Assembly: GCA_012862495.1 (NCBI GenBank)
Contig: BLSG01000059.1
Span: 60,880-124,879 of the forward strand
Origin: Thraustochytrium aureum
Taxonomy: Eukaryota
Direction of reading: 5' to 3'
Length of the DNA: 64,000 nt
Every line of letters starts with the position of its first letter. Position 1 is the stretch's first letter. Below are positions 1 to 12,445 of this stretch, piece by piece. The notes below the pieces were generated by a model. That model made no database searches. It was not told the origin of the DNA and was given only the letters and a program-made list of their open reading frames with translations. The position numbers and the translations under genes are program-made.

Positions 1-2859
1 GGTCAAGAGCGAACTGGTTTCGTGCGCAGTGCCCAGCCTCCACCGGCTGTGTCCGCCTCAGATGTGCGCTTGGTCTGCTCGCTGCCCAAGCGCACTGGCA
101 GCCTCCTTGCTGGCCGCGAGCGAACGGAAGCTCGGGGCGGAGTGCAGACTGCAGTGCCTGCAAGTGACTGCAGGGCTGAGCGCGACGCCCGTGGCCGCAC
201 TAGGTAGGACCTCGAGCCAACTTGAAGCTGGAAGGCAGAGAGAGCTCTTTTGGGATTCGGCCGATTCTGATCATGACTCATGACTCATGAACTGCACCAA
301 CCTGCACGCACGGCACTTGGACTTGGCGTGGCTTTGCGCGCGCGTCGGACGCGGAGGGGCGGAGCTCAGCGCACGGAGGTACTCTAGCTACTAGGCTGGG
401 GGAAGGTAGCTACAGGTAGGTAAGCACACCCCGACAGTCTGACACGAGGCTTCCGTGGCTCTCTCTCGCTCACTCCCAGTACACTTGCCGATAATGAGCA
501 ATACAACTGGAAGCAAGGGGGACGGACAACAGTGGCGGCGCTGCGATGACGCAGCACGGCTGTCACCTCGGGTGCGGCGGCCTTTCGACGCGGGCGCAAG
601 GAGGACCAGGGCCGCACGCGCTCGCAAGGCAGCCTGCGAGGTGGTAGAGCACTTGGAAGCACAGCATGCGTCTCCACCGCTAGGCAGTACTGCTTGCGCC
701 TCCGCTCAACCACGCACAACGCGCTCGGTTGGAATAATTTGTCTTTTAGCGTCGCGTAGAGTACCACAACCCGCCCAAATGGAGTGCATCAATCAATCAA
801 TCAATCCCTGGAAGCGCAGCCATGCCTTGCAGCGTGCAAGGAGTTCCAAATGTGCCGTGCCCTCAAGCAGATTCTGTTCATTGGCCAAAGCGCCGTCCAT
901 GTGCACCCCGCAAGGCTCGCCGGTTTATCCGGACGGTATTTGCCGTCAACTTCAGCGCACACTACGAGCATCCGGCACCGCAGCGACTTGGCTGCAATGC
1001 CTCCCAAGGGGGGAGGAAGGAAAGAAGGAAGGCAGCAAGGCAGGGAGGCAGGCAGGAAGGAAGGACTGGTGCAAACGAAAGCCACCGTGACTGTGAGGGA
1101 GCGTGGCGATACGCAGCAGAGCTTCACCAAAGATCAGATCTGTTCGGTTTGCGCAACGAATTGGGCGGAGCGACGCGCCACAAGCAAGCGACCAGCCGCC
1201 AAGTCGACGAAACGCCGAGTCGACGAGCCGCCGCTTTGCAACATTCGAAAAAGCGCCCTGCGTCTCGCAAGGACCGATCCTCCACCCGCGATCTGCAGTC
1301 GGCCACTGGGCACGCGAACAGCCCAACCGCAACGGCGGCCGCGCTCGATCACACTCAGCACTGGCAGCGAGGATCCTGCAGGTACAACCAAGGATAGAGT
1401 GAGTAGAGTACAACATCCTCGGGTACAAGTCTGTGGCCTGCTAAGCCGGCGACCAGCTCGAGCACCGGAACTCGTCTGGCCAATCCGTCCAACGGCTCGC
1501 TCTCAAGAACAGGCTCTTGAACGCCAACGCCTTGAGGGGGAGGCAGGATCTCCGGAAACGGCTTTCCGCAGGGTCGCAGAGGCGGCGTGCAAGGAAGCGG
1601 GCAAAACGCGTTTGATAGACCGCTGCCGTCCCGGCTAGGTACTGCCAGGCGCCCGTCCGTTGCCCGTCCGTTGCCCGTCGGATCTCAGTGTTACACCAAG
1701 TAGCGCGGCGCCAACGGCGCGATCCTGATCCTGGCACTGGCGGGCCAGCTCGCCATCTTCTTGGCAAGATCCAGACCGTTCGCACCAGCACAGCGGCGAT
1801 GGAGGCTGGCTGAATGCGGATCCCTCCCTTTCGAGCCGGGACACGTTTGCCGTTTTCCAGTGGGTGCGAGCGCCGCGGCGTCATCAGAGTCGCCATGAGA
1901 AGCAGGCTCGTATCGGCTGTGAACAACGAGACCTCGCAAGGCTTGTTTCGTAGACTTTTCGCAGGGGTCGCAAAACCGTGCAAATCGCGCGACCAGCTTG
2001 TCGGGGTGATCGCGAACGAGGAATAACAAACCAAAAGGGGCACCAGGCACACTGGGCAGTTCATGGAGGCTTGCGTGTTGGCGCTGCTCGGCAAGAGCCG
2101 CTGCGGCACGACACACGCCCGTCAATGTCGCGCGAGCCCGAGGCGAATGACATTGACGGAACGCAAACTTTGAAGTACGTACTCACTCTAGCTAGAAGGA
2201 TGAGGCACGAACGAGAGCGCCGTGGAGAGCTTGGCGCGCTCGAGGCGAGTTCGACCGCTCGGGCGGGTCCCGCCCGAGATTGCATCTTCCAGCTCCTCGA
2301 CAGCTGCCTGCGCTGCGAGGGCGCCTCGCAGCCAGCCAGAGTCGCAGTCGCTTCGGACGGCCCTCTTGCTGGGTATGTTTGCCCCCAGAGGCCGCGACCN
2401 NNNNNNNNNNNNNNNNNNNNNNNNNNNNNNNNNNNNNNNNNNNNNNNNNNNNNNNNNNNNNNNNNNNNNNNNNNNNNNNNNNNNNNNNNNNNNNNNNNNN
2501 NNNNNNNNNNNNNNNNNNNNNNNNNNNNNNNNNNNNNNNNNNNNNNNNNNNNNNNNNNNNNNNNNNNNNNNNNNNNNNNNNNNNNNNNNNNNNNNNNNNN
2601 NNNNNNNNNNNNNNNNNNNNNNNNNNNNNNNNNNNNNNNNNNNNNNNNNNNNNNNNNNNNNNNNNNNNNNNNNNNNNNNNNNNNNNNNNNNNNNNNNNNN
2701 NNNNNNNNNNNNNNNNNNNNNNNNNNNNNNNNNNNNNNNNNNNNNNNNNNNNNNNNNNNNNNNNNNNNNNNNNNNNNNNNNNNNNNNNNNNNNNNGAAGG
2801 AAGGCGGCGTTGTGCGTCGACGAGAAAGCAACGGTGGCTCGGTTGACCTGACCGTGAGA

Positions 2860-4154
2860 ATGGGACGAAGCCGCACCCCCGCGCCGAATGGGCGACGAGG
2901 CGGAGAGGCTCAGGTTGACGAGTTGGCTGGCCGTGGGCGATCCGACGAGGACGCCGACGAGGACGCTTGGGGACGACGAGGGGCGGGGCGCGAGCCCGGA
3001 CCAGGCCAACTCGCCAGACCCGCTCCTCGAGACGCCCGCGCGGACAAAGTACCTGTCCACGCCGGAGCCAGACGAGCTGCTGAGCGAAGGGCGGGCCCTC
3101 GAAGAGGACGAGCCCCGCCTTGCTCCACCAGCGGCGGCCGTTCCCCGAGGTAGGAGGGCGGGTGGAACAGGGCCGCGCTACCGTGGCCGCAGCAAGAGCC
3201 CGAACCCGGTCCGTAAGTTCACGAGAAAGACTGGCCCGGCGCTTCACGCACCTGCGACCTCGGTCCCGGCGGCGGGCGACGACCCCGAGGCGTCCTTGGC
3301 GAGTGGCCGCGTTTCGGCCATCGCGCTCGTTGCGGCGCTCGCCTTCTTCGTGGCGTCCATTTTTTGCGGACCAAGGGCGTCGCCTACTTCAAGATTGCGG
3401 CGCAAGCCGTCCAACCTCAAGCTGGGCTCCAGGCCGTAACGGGGATGGCCGTGGCCAGCAACTTGTCCCTCGGCGAGGTTGACGGTTTCCGCCTCCCAGC
3501 TCTCGCTAATGACACGAGCGTGCGCCAAGAAGCGCAACAAGGCAAGCGCGAGGCCGATCCCGCCAGCGTGCAGCAAGAGGCGCAACGCGGCGAGAGCGAG
3601 GCAGACCAAGACGAGGCGCCGCCCTCCGCGAGGCGGTCTCGCCCGCGACGGTCGCTTTCGACGTCGTCGATGTATCTGTCAAGGCCGCAACGCAAGAGGT
3701 AGACTGGCTCTCGGCTGTCTCCTCCGCCCTGCGCGTCGCTACGAGCACCAATTACATCCTCGAAAGCGCCGTGAGCTCTGCCGGGGCCATCGCGGACGCG
3801 GGCTCGTCGGCCTGCTGGTTCATCCCTTGCGGCCACTTGGGAAATGCCACCCTCACGTTCAAGGAGTGCGTTTCGCCTGGTAAGGTTACCGTCAGCGTGC
3901 ACCAGGACTACGAGCCTTTGGACAATGTCGCTGTGGAGCCCGTCCGCAACACCACGGCGGCCGCCACGACGCCCACGCGCTTCGAGGAAGACGCTGCGCA
4001 AGCCGCCGTCTTCGCTCCGATCTCGGGCGAGTGCATGGCTGGCCTCAGCATAGAGTTCGTCGCCCCGCGCAAGGCTACCTCGACGCCACCGGACCTCGCA
4101 TCCGTTTGCGGCTCCTGCGTCACCTCGGTCACCGTCCTCGCGCGCTCCACGTGA
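2860..4154 (+). CDS. Putative type II membrane protein with a divergent SUN-like C-terminal domain (frameshifted in this assembly)
   Basis: Mosaic of frames: acidic/basic disordered N-terminus (2888 ORF), TM segment AIALVAALAFFVASIF (~3317-3366), shift at ~3368 into a helical Q/E-rich segment, shift at ~3629 into EVDWLSAVSSALRVATSTNY...SSACWFIPCGHLGNATLTFKECVSPGKVTV, stop at 4154. Resembles SUN motifs DYALESGGA..CSETY and PGNCWAF..G...I.P..VT. Start position uncertain. Confidence 0.45.
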
Positions 4155-5206
4155 CACCGGCTTGTAACACCTCGGCGCCCCGCAATCTCCTCTTCGTCTC
4201 CCCAATTTAACGCCGTGTCTTGTAGCTATGCACTCAACCACTGGAACCCGCGGCACAAGACCCAGAGGCCCACTCTCCCCTTAACTCCACAGGTACGACT
4301 ACACGTGTCTTGTATCAGCGCAACGCCAAATCAAAACAGCTTTAACATACTCTGCAGAACGTGCAGACACCAGTAGAACAGGGGCCACGCGCGCCCCTAC
4401 TTTAAAAAGTAAACAACACGTGTCGCGTAACGCAGTCGCCAACGGGGCGTCACCACCTCGCAATCACGTAACGCTAGGCCTCTACGTTTACCACGCGCCC
4501 GTGCGTACTTCGTCGGTGCACTCATGAATAATGACCACTCTTACGTCATCGAAACGAAGGCAGACCTCCTTCGGCTGTTCGCAAGGAGCGCGCGAGAGAG
4601 TGGGCGCGCGGGCGNNNNNNNNNNNNNNNNNNNNNNNNNNNNNNNNNNNNNNNNNNNNNNNNNNNNNNNNNNNNNNNNNNNNNNNNNNNNNNNNNNNNNN
4701 NNNNNNNNNNNNNNNNNNNNNNNNNNNNNNNNNNNNNNNNNNNNNNNNNNNNNNNNNNNNNNNNNNNNNNNNNNNNNNNNNNNNNNNNNNNNNNNNNNNN
4801 NNNNNNNNNNNNNNNNNNNNNNNNNNNNNNNNNNNNNNNNNNNNNNNNNNNNNNNNNNNNNNNNNNNNNNNNNNNNNNNNNNNNNNNNNNNNNNNNNNNN
4901 NNNNNNNNNNNNNNNNNNNNNNNNNNNNNNNNNNNNNNNNNNNNNNNNNNNNNNNNNNNNNNNNNNNNNNNNNNNNNNNNNNNNNNNNNNNNNNNNNNNN
5001 NNNNNNNNNNNNNNNNNNNNNNNNNNNNNNNNNNNNNNNNNNNNNNNNNNNNNNNNNNNNNNNNNNNNNNNNNNNNNNNNNNNNNNNNNNNNNNNNNNNN
5101 NNNNNNNNNNNNNNNNNNNNNNNNNNNNNNNNNNNNNNNNNNNNNNNNNNNNNNNNNNNNNNNNNNNNNNNNNNNNNNNNNNNNNNNCGAACAAACAGGA
5201 GAAATA

Positions 5207-7151
5207 ATGGCCGAGGGTCCTGTCAGCAATATCGTGGAGAAGCAAAAGTCACGCGAGTCGGAGGACGCCGTCGACGGCTTGGACTACAAGGGGCCTCAAA
5301 GCCCAGGACGTAAAGTCCAGGATCGCCTACCCAGGCGAGAAACAGGGCGAGACGGACGCAACGCAAGGCATGGGGCAGCAGGGGAGCACCGGCCCCAACA
5401 GCAACGGTGCACAGCCCCCCGCTTCGCCACCCGGTTCGTCGACGGCGGCCTCGCGCGCGGGGGGTGCTCGCTCGGTGCCCAGCGCGATCGGCGCCGTGCA
5501 GAGGGCCACCATGGAGAACGTAGCTGCCGCGTACAGGCTGTCCGGCAACGCGCTCGGCGACGACGCCGACGACCACGAGGACGACGAGGAGGAGGACAGC
5601 GAAGACACGTCGAGCCTCCGCGTCCCGGACCGGCTCAAGTTTGAGATCGGCGACGAGGAGGAGGAGGAGGACGGCAAGTCGTCCGAAGTTGTAGAAAAGA
5701 AGGACGACGAAGCGGGCAAGGACGCCAAGTCAAGCCTGTTTAACGAATTTGAAGAGTGGCTCGTCGAGCACGGGGCGCAGTTCCCCGAACTGTATTTGAA
5801 GAGGTATACGGGCGACGTGCGTGGCGTGCACGCCAAGCGACGCGTGGGACCGTACGTCTGCCTGGTGCAGATCCCGCTAAAGTGCCTGATCACGGACCAC
5901 ATGGGCCGCACCGAGACCGAGATGGGGCGCAAGCTGTTTGCCTCCAACTACGCGCTGTCCACCCCGAACCTGATTGCCGTGATCGTCTACATCCTCACAA
6001 CGCGCGAGGACCCGAACCACTTTTTCCAGCCCTACTACCGCATCCTGCCCAAGGATTACACCAACTTCCCCATATTCTACAACGAGGAGCAGCTCAGCTG
6101 GCTCGAGGGCTCGCCCTTGCTGGAGGACATTGCCGAGCGCAAGCGCAACATGCGGGCCGACTACGACGAGGTGTGCCGCGTCTGCCCCGAGTTTATGCGT
6201 TTCTCCTTCGAGGACTTCCTCGAGGTGCGCACTGCGGTGGGCTCGCGCAACTTTGGCATTGTCGTGCACGGCCAAAAGCGCACCGCCATGGTCCCCTACG
6301 CAGACATGTTAAACCACTACCGCCCTCGCGAGACCTCGTGGACCTTTGAGGACTCGAAGGACTCGTTCACCATCACGAGCCTGTCCGCGCTGCACGCAGG
6401 CCAGCAGGTCATGGACAGCTACGGCAAAAAGTGCAACTCCAAGTTCCTGCTTCACTACGGCTTTGCCGTCGAGTGCAACCGCGAGGAGGACGGCAAGTGC
6501 CAGAACGAAATCTACCTGCGCCTCGCGCTCCCCTCGGCGGAGAGGGACCCGCTCCTAGAGCGACGCCTCGCCGTCCTGGGCCCCTCGCGCACCTCGCGCG
6601 CGTTCCGCCTCTCCATGAACATCGAGGACAAAGCCACGTCCGAGGCTCTCAGCTACGCCCGCGTCGCGGCGGCGACCGAGGCAGAGCTCGACGCCCTGCT
6701 GGCCGAGTCGGCCTCAAGCGCCTCCTCTGCCGCGGCCGCCGGCGACGCCGAGCAGTACCGCCGCGGCTACCGCGACTCGTTCCGCGACTCGCCTGTCAGC
6801 TTCATCAGCACTGCGAACGAGATCGCTGCGCTCGAGTTCCTCGCCACGGCCTGCCAGCGCCAGCTGGACGGATACCCATCTACCTACGAGGAAAACCTGG
6901 CGCAACTCTCGGACAGCACCATCAAGCCGTTCTCGGTGCGCCGCACAACGCTCATCGTTATCCTCGGCGAGCAGGAGATCTGCAAGTTTTGGATTGACGC
7001 CTGCGAGACCATCTCGCGCGTGGTCGAGGAGACCGAGGACGTGCCGCTGCACATGGCGCTCCGTTCGCTGCCGCGCGGCACGCCCAAGGAGGCGGATCTC
7101 TCGCGCTACGCCGCGCGGCTCGCGTACAAGGTCCGCATGGCTAGCAACTAG
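5207..7151 (+). CDS. SET-domain methyltransferase, SETD3/SETD4/Rubisco-LSMT family, with substrate-binding domain
   Basis: Motifs DVRGVHAK, LVQIPLKCLIT, SRNF, MVPYADMLNH, QVMDSYGKKCNSKFLLHYGF, then a helical LSMT substrate-binding region. The ORF track starts at 5370; removing one G from GGGG at 5290-5293 joins the ATG at 5207 (A-rich context) into the same frame. Confidence 0.85.
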
Positions 7152-8362
7152 CCTGCTAGCTCTCGCCGGAGGTTGGCTCTCTAGCTAGAGAGCGCTTTTC
7201 GGCGCGTCAGCTGCCGTGCCGCTTTCCGCCCCTCCGTTGCGCACTGCGCGGCCTGTGAACAGCCCAGCATGGCGTATAAACGGCGGAGCCCCACAATCCA
7301 CCAGCTTTCTCGATGGCGGGAAAACCGCGGAGATGATTGCCGCGCGCGCGTTGGCGACGCACTTCAGAAACTGCGGGCGGTTCGCTGCGCCAAAGTGGCG
7401 TCGCCGCGCCCCGCGCCGCTCCTCGAGGCAAGGCCCACGCACACAACTCTAACAAACGGTTTGGCACCNNNNNNNNNNNNNNNNNNNNNNNNNNNNNNNN
7501 NNNNNNNNNNNNNNNNNNNNNNNNNNNNNNNNNNNNNNNNNNNNNNNNNNNNNNNNNNNNNNNNNNNNNNNNNNNNNNNNNNNNNNNNNNNNNNNNNNNN
7601 NNNNNNNNNNNNNNNNNNNNNNNNNNNNNNNNNNNNNNNNNNNNNNNNNNNNNNNNNNNNNNNNNNNNNNNNNNNNNNNNNNNNNNNNNNNNNNNNNNNN
7701 NNNNNNNNNNNNNNNNNNNNNNNNNNNNNNNNNNNNNNNNNNNNNNNNNNNNNNNNNNNNNNNNNNNNNNNNNNNNNNNNNNNNNNNNNNNNNNNNNNNN
7801 NNNNNNNNNNNNNNNNNNNNNNNNNNNNNNNNNNNNNNNNNNNNNNNNNNNNNNNNNNNNNNNNNNNNNNNNNNNNNNNNNNNNNNNNNNNNNNNNNNNN
7901 NNNNNNNNNNNNNNNNNNNNNNNNNNNNNNNNNNNNNNNNNNNNNNNNNNNNNNNNNNNNNNNNNNNNNNNNNNNNNNNNNNNNNNNNNNNNNNNNNNNN
8001 NNNNNNNNNNNNNNNNNNNNNNNNNNNNNNNNNNNNNNNNNNNNNNNNNNNNNNNNNNNNNNNNNNNNNNNNNNNNNNNNNNNNNNNNNNNNNNNNNNNN
8101 NNNNNNNNNNNNNNNNNNNNNNNNNNNNNNNNNNNNNNNNNNNNNNNNNNNNNNNNNNNNNNNNNNNNNNNNNNNNNNNNNNNNNNNNNNNNNNNNNNNN
8201 NNNNNNNNNNNNNNNNNNNNNNNNNNNNNNNNNNNNNNNNNNNNNNNNNNNNNNNNNNNNNNNNNNNNNNNNNNNNNNNNNNNNNNNNNNNNNNNNNNNN
8301 NNNNNNNNNNNNNNNNNNNNNNNNNNNNNNNNNNNNNNNNNNNNNNNNNNNNNNNNNNNNNN

Positions 8363-10485
8363 GGATCTGCAGCTCCTCGCGGAGAAGGGCGCGCAGAGCA
8401 CCCTTCTCGATTCCCTCGGGGGCTGCGATGCGGCTTTGCACCCCCGTCGGAACCTCGGCCACGGCGAAAAACGCCAAGTCGCGCATCGAGGCGACGATCT
8501 GGTCGTGCTCTGCGAGCGCGTTTTCCGCGCCAGGAGCGAGCTCCACGCGCCTGCACTGCAGCGCCTCTTGCAACCGTTGGACCTGAACGCGGTCAAAGAC
8601 AGCTTGCCTGGTGTGCGCGGGCACAGCGGAGCGCACAAAGGAAAACTGCGTGCAGGCAGTTTCGCTGGCGTCCATGGCAAAGCAGACTATTACGTCGGCC
8701 TCGTCGCGCGACCCGCACGACGCAGAGACCGCGCCGCCACGAGCCGCCCCTACAGAGACGGCCACAGCGGCTCCGGGAATGATCTCCTCCACGGCCCGCG
8801 TCAGGTACGCATGCAGCGATTGCAGGGCCCCAGCCTCGCCGCCCGCCTGGACGGCGCGGATTGCGTCGACCGAGCCCGCGTCCACAACGATGCACTTGCT
8901 GTCGTCGAAACCCTCCTCCATGACCAGGCTGCCGAAAGAGAGTGTCTCGTCGCGGCCGAGAGGGGCGGCGCCGATCTCGCGATTTCGCCGCGCCATGTGC
9001 TGGACCAGCGCGTTTGCCCGGTCAACAAACGCGGTGGCGGCGGCCCCGAACTGGAGCTCGCCTGGGTTGGAAAATGCGAGCGACGAGATCTCCTCGCAGG
9101 CGTTGACAAGGTGCTTCCAGCTCGCCATATCGTGGACAGACGTAGGGGGGACCAGGCTACGGTGCAGCTGCTCTTTGCGCACGAGCACGTGCATCGCCAG
9201 CAGCGATCCAAGCGGGGGCGGCGAGGCGCCCAGCGCGTCGTAGCGCCGCTGCGCGTCGTACAGGGCCCGAGGCCACAGTCTTGAGGCAGCCGAGCGGGCC
9301 TCGAAGACGCGCTCGCCCAGCGCGGCGCCCTCGACGAGCGTGTCGACTTCGCGCATGCTCTGCACCACCCGAAGCAGCACCTTGGTGGCAACAAGCTCGT
9401 CGGCGATGCCAGTGAGCCCGGCGAGCTCCTCGCGCGCTTCTGCGGCGTGCAAAGCTGATGGCCCTTCTTCGACGCTGTTGAGGAGGACAGACACCGACAC
9501 GAGCTGGTGCAGCATCTGCTGCGGCGGAATCTGCAAAATCCCCTCCACCGCGGCCCACGCACCTGCGAGTTGCCCATCAGAGTCGAGCGACAAGCCGCGA
9601 CCAATTGCGCTGCGCACACGAACCGCCACGTCCGTAACCACGACCCGCTCGAGGTGGAGGGCGCTGATGCGAAGGAGCGACTCGTGGAGAAGGCAAAACT
9701 GTCGGTTGATGCCACGCGGCAGGGCGCTCCGCCCGTTCGCTACCTCCACGAGGGTGCCCAGCTCTTGGCCCGTCGCGCGAACCGCGTCGAGGCTGCCGGC
9801 TGCGCCCGAGCCGCCCTCGCGGGCAGCGTCCAGCGTGACGACCAGGTGGTTCAAACAGCGGGTTACTTGGTAGCAATACCGGAGCGCCGGTTGCTTGGCG
9901 AGGCCCTTCACCGCGGCGCTCGCATCGCTGAACGCCGCGCCGAGCTCGTCCGCGCCGCTCGCGGCCGCGCCTCCGCCAGCACCAGGTCCTCCGCCTGGGG
10001 CTCTTGTTGGTGGTAGCGGGCGCCGCTCTCCGACCCCGCGGCCCGCTCGGCGGACATCACTGCGCTCAGCGACTTGAGCTGGCGGCCAGGCGCGCCATGC
10101 TCGCCTTCTCCTCCTGGCCCTTGCCTTCGGCGCCACCCGCATCGCCTTGCGCATCGCCTTGTGCGCCAAGTCCCGCTACGCCCCTCGGCCTTCTCCGCGC
10201 CCTGCCCTTGGTCGCCGCCCCTCGCTCCGCGGCAGACCCACGCTCCAGCTTGGGCACGCCGCGGCTCGCAAACACGGCGCTCCACAGCCCTCCGCCGACT
10301 TGGCCCGCCAGGAGCAAGGCCGCCAGCGTGCCCGCCGCCGCGCACATCGCAGCGAGCGCCTGCCCCTTGGAGAGCGCCCCGACCGTCCCGCTGCCGGCGC
10401 CCGCTCCTCGTCCGGGCCGCACGTACAGCTCGCCCGCGAACACGAACACATCGTCCGCGGGCCTGGACCAGGTGCTGGACCCCAT
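8363..10485 (-). CDS. Hypothetical protein with N-terminal hydrophobic segment; 3' end lies in a gap; two apparent frameshifts
   Basis: Long protein-like open frame from ~9960 to the gap at 8362. The upstream pieces MGSSTWSRP...ALAAMCAAAGTLAALLLAG and QLKSLSAVMSAERAAG...EDLVLAE join if indels are assumed at ~10083 and ~9965. No family recognised. Confidence 0.55.
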
Positions 10486-11243
10486 CCCCGCCCGCGCCGC
10501 GAGAGCGCCAGGGCCAAACCGAAGCAAACCAACCCAAACGGACGAGCCACGCCGNNNNNNNNNNNNNNNNNNNNNNNNNNNNNNNNNNNNNNNNNNNNNN
10601 NNNNNNNNNNNNNNNNNNNNNNNNNNNNNNNNNNNNNNNNNNNNNNNNNNNNNNNNNNNNNNNNNNNNNNNNNNNNNNNNNNNNNNNNNNNNNNNNNNNN
10701 NNNNNNNNNNNNNNNNNNNNNNNNNNNNNNNNNNNNNNNNNNNNNNNNNNNNNNNNNNNNNNNNNNNNNNNNNNNNNNNNNNNNNNNNNNNNNNNNNNNN
10801 NNNNNNNNNNNNNNNNNNNNNNNNNNNNNNNNNNNNNNNNNNNNNNNNNNNNNNNNNNNNNNNNNNNNNNNNNNNNNNNNNNNNNNNNNNNNNNNNNNNN
10901 NNNNNNNNNNNNNNNNNNNNNNNNNNNNNNNNNNNNNNNNNNNNNNNNNNNNNNNNNNNNNNNNNNNNNNNNNNNNNNNNNNNNNNNNNNNNNNNNNNNN
11001 NNNNNNNNNNNNNNNNNNNNNNNNNNNNNNNNNNNNNNNNNNNNNNNNNNNNNNNNNNNNNNNNNNNNNNNNNNNNNNNNNNNNNNNNNNNNNNNNNNNN
11101 NNNNNNNNNNNNNNNNNNNNNNNNNNNNNNNNNNNNNNNNNNNNNNNNNNNNNNNNNNNNNNNNNNNNNNNNNNNNNNNNNNNNNNNNNNNNNNNNNNNN
11201 NNNNNNNNNNNNNNNNNNNNNNNNNNNNNNNNNNNNNNNNNNN

Positions 11244-12331
11244 CATATTCCGCGCTGGTGACGATATCCTCCCTGGAGACCGTGGTCATTGTGGCGGTTC
11301 TCGGGTGGATATACGTGATGCCCAAGGTCCTCCAAAAGCATGCCGTCCGGCGGTACAAGACGCTGCGGGTCGCAGCGAGCAAGAAACAGGAGAAACAAAA
11401 GAAAAAGAATCAAAAGACTGGCAAGGAGCCCTGGGAGCTGGACCCAAAGACAATCAAGTACAAAAACAAGCTGGCAAAGGGCAACTTTGGCGAGGTTTGG
11501 CTCGGCACCTGGCTGGGCTCGCCCGTAGCCATCAAGACAGTCCTGAAAAAGATGGCCAAAGACAAGGAGTTTATTGACAGGTTCATGCTAGAGATCAAGC
11601 TCATGAGCAACTTGCACCACCCAAACATTGTCATGTTCCTGGGGGCGTGCATCACGCCCGTCAGCAAAATGTGCCTCGTGCTCGAGTATTGTGTGTATGG
11701 GAGCCTGTTCGACTTTTTGAGCGGACACAAGAAGAACGGCGACCCAGATGATGTCGTTACCCTGCACCTGGCGCTCCGGTTTGCAATCGACATCGCGCGC
11801 GGCGTCAACTACATCCACCAAAAGTGCAACATCATCCAGCGCGACCTGAAGGCGCGCAACGTCCTGGTGGATTTGCACTTGAACGCCAAAGTGGCCGACT
11901 TTGGCCTCAGCCGCCTCAAGGAGGAAGACGGCGGGATGACTGCTTGCGGAACGCCGGCTTGGACCGCTCCAGAGATCGTCAAGCTCGAGCAGTATGACGA
12001 AAAAGTTGACGTCTACTCGTTTGCGATCGTCTTGTGGGAGCTCATCACGCGCGAGGAGCCTTACGACGGCCAGGGCGGCGTCCAGGTGGCGTACATGGCG
12101 GTCGAGCAGGGCCTCCGGCCCGAAATACCTAGCTACTGCCCTGACGAATTCGCAGACCTCATGGTGGAGTGCTGGGACGAGGACCCGCAAGCTCGGCCCG
12201 ACTTTAGCGAGATCCTCGAGCGCCTTTTCGCGATGACAAAATCCATTCCGGATGCCGTCATCAGGAAGATCGAGGAGGCGAGCATGCGGCAGTACGACTC
12301 GGGCAGCATGGCATACATAGAGCCAGTGTGA
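11244..12331 (+). CDS. Transmembrane TKL (Raf/CTR1-like) protein kinase; 5' end lies in a gap
   Basis: TM helix TVVIVAVLGWIYVM with a basic juxtamembrane stretch, then KGNFGEVW, VAIK, LHHPNIVMFLG, QRDLKARN, DFG, CGTPAWTAPE, DVYSFAIVLWE, CWDEDPQARPDF. Confidence 0.9.
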
Positions 12332-12445
12332 GCAAGCCCGCCCGAGCACTGGCGTGCCGCGAGGGAAAGCCGGGAGCTTGCCGCTGCTGTCGTCCGGGCC
12401 TTGCCACAAAAGGTGCAATAACTTCAAAAAAATGTGTGGGTGCTC

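Noticed and set aside
1..2399. Several overlapping 60-280 aa ORFs
   Set aside because: R/A/S/P-rich translations with no motifs, containing simple repeats (GAAG, GCAG, ATCA); expected by chance in GC-rich intergenic DNA.
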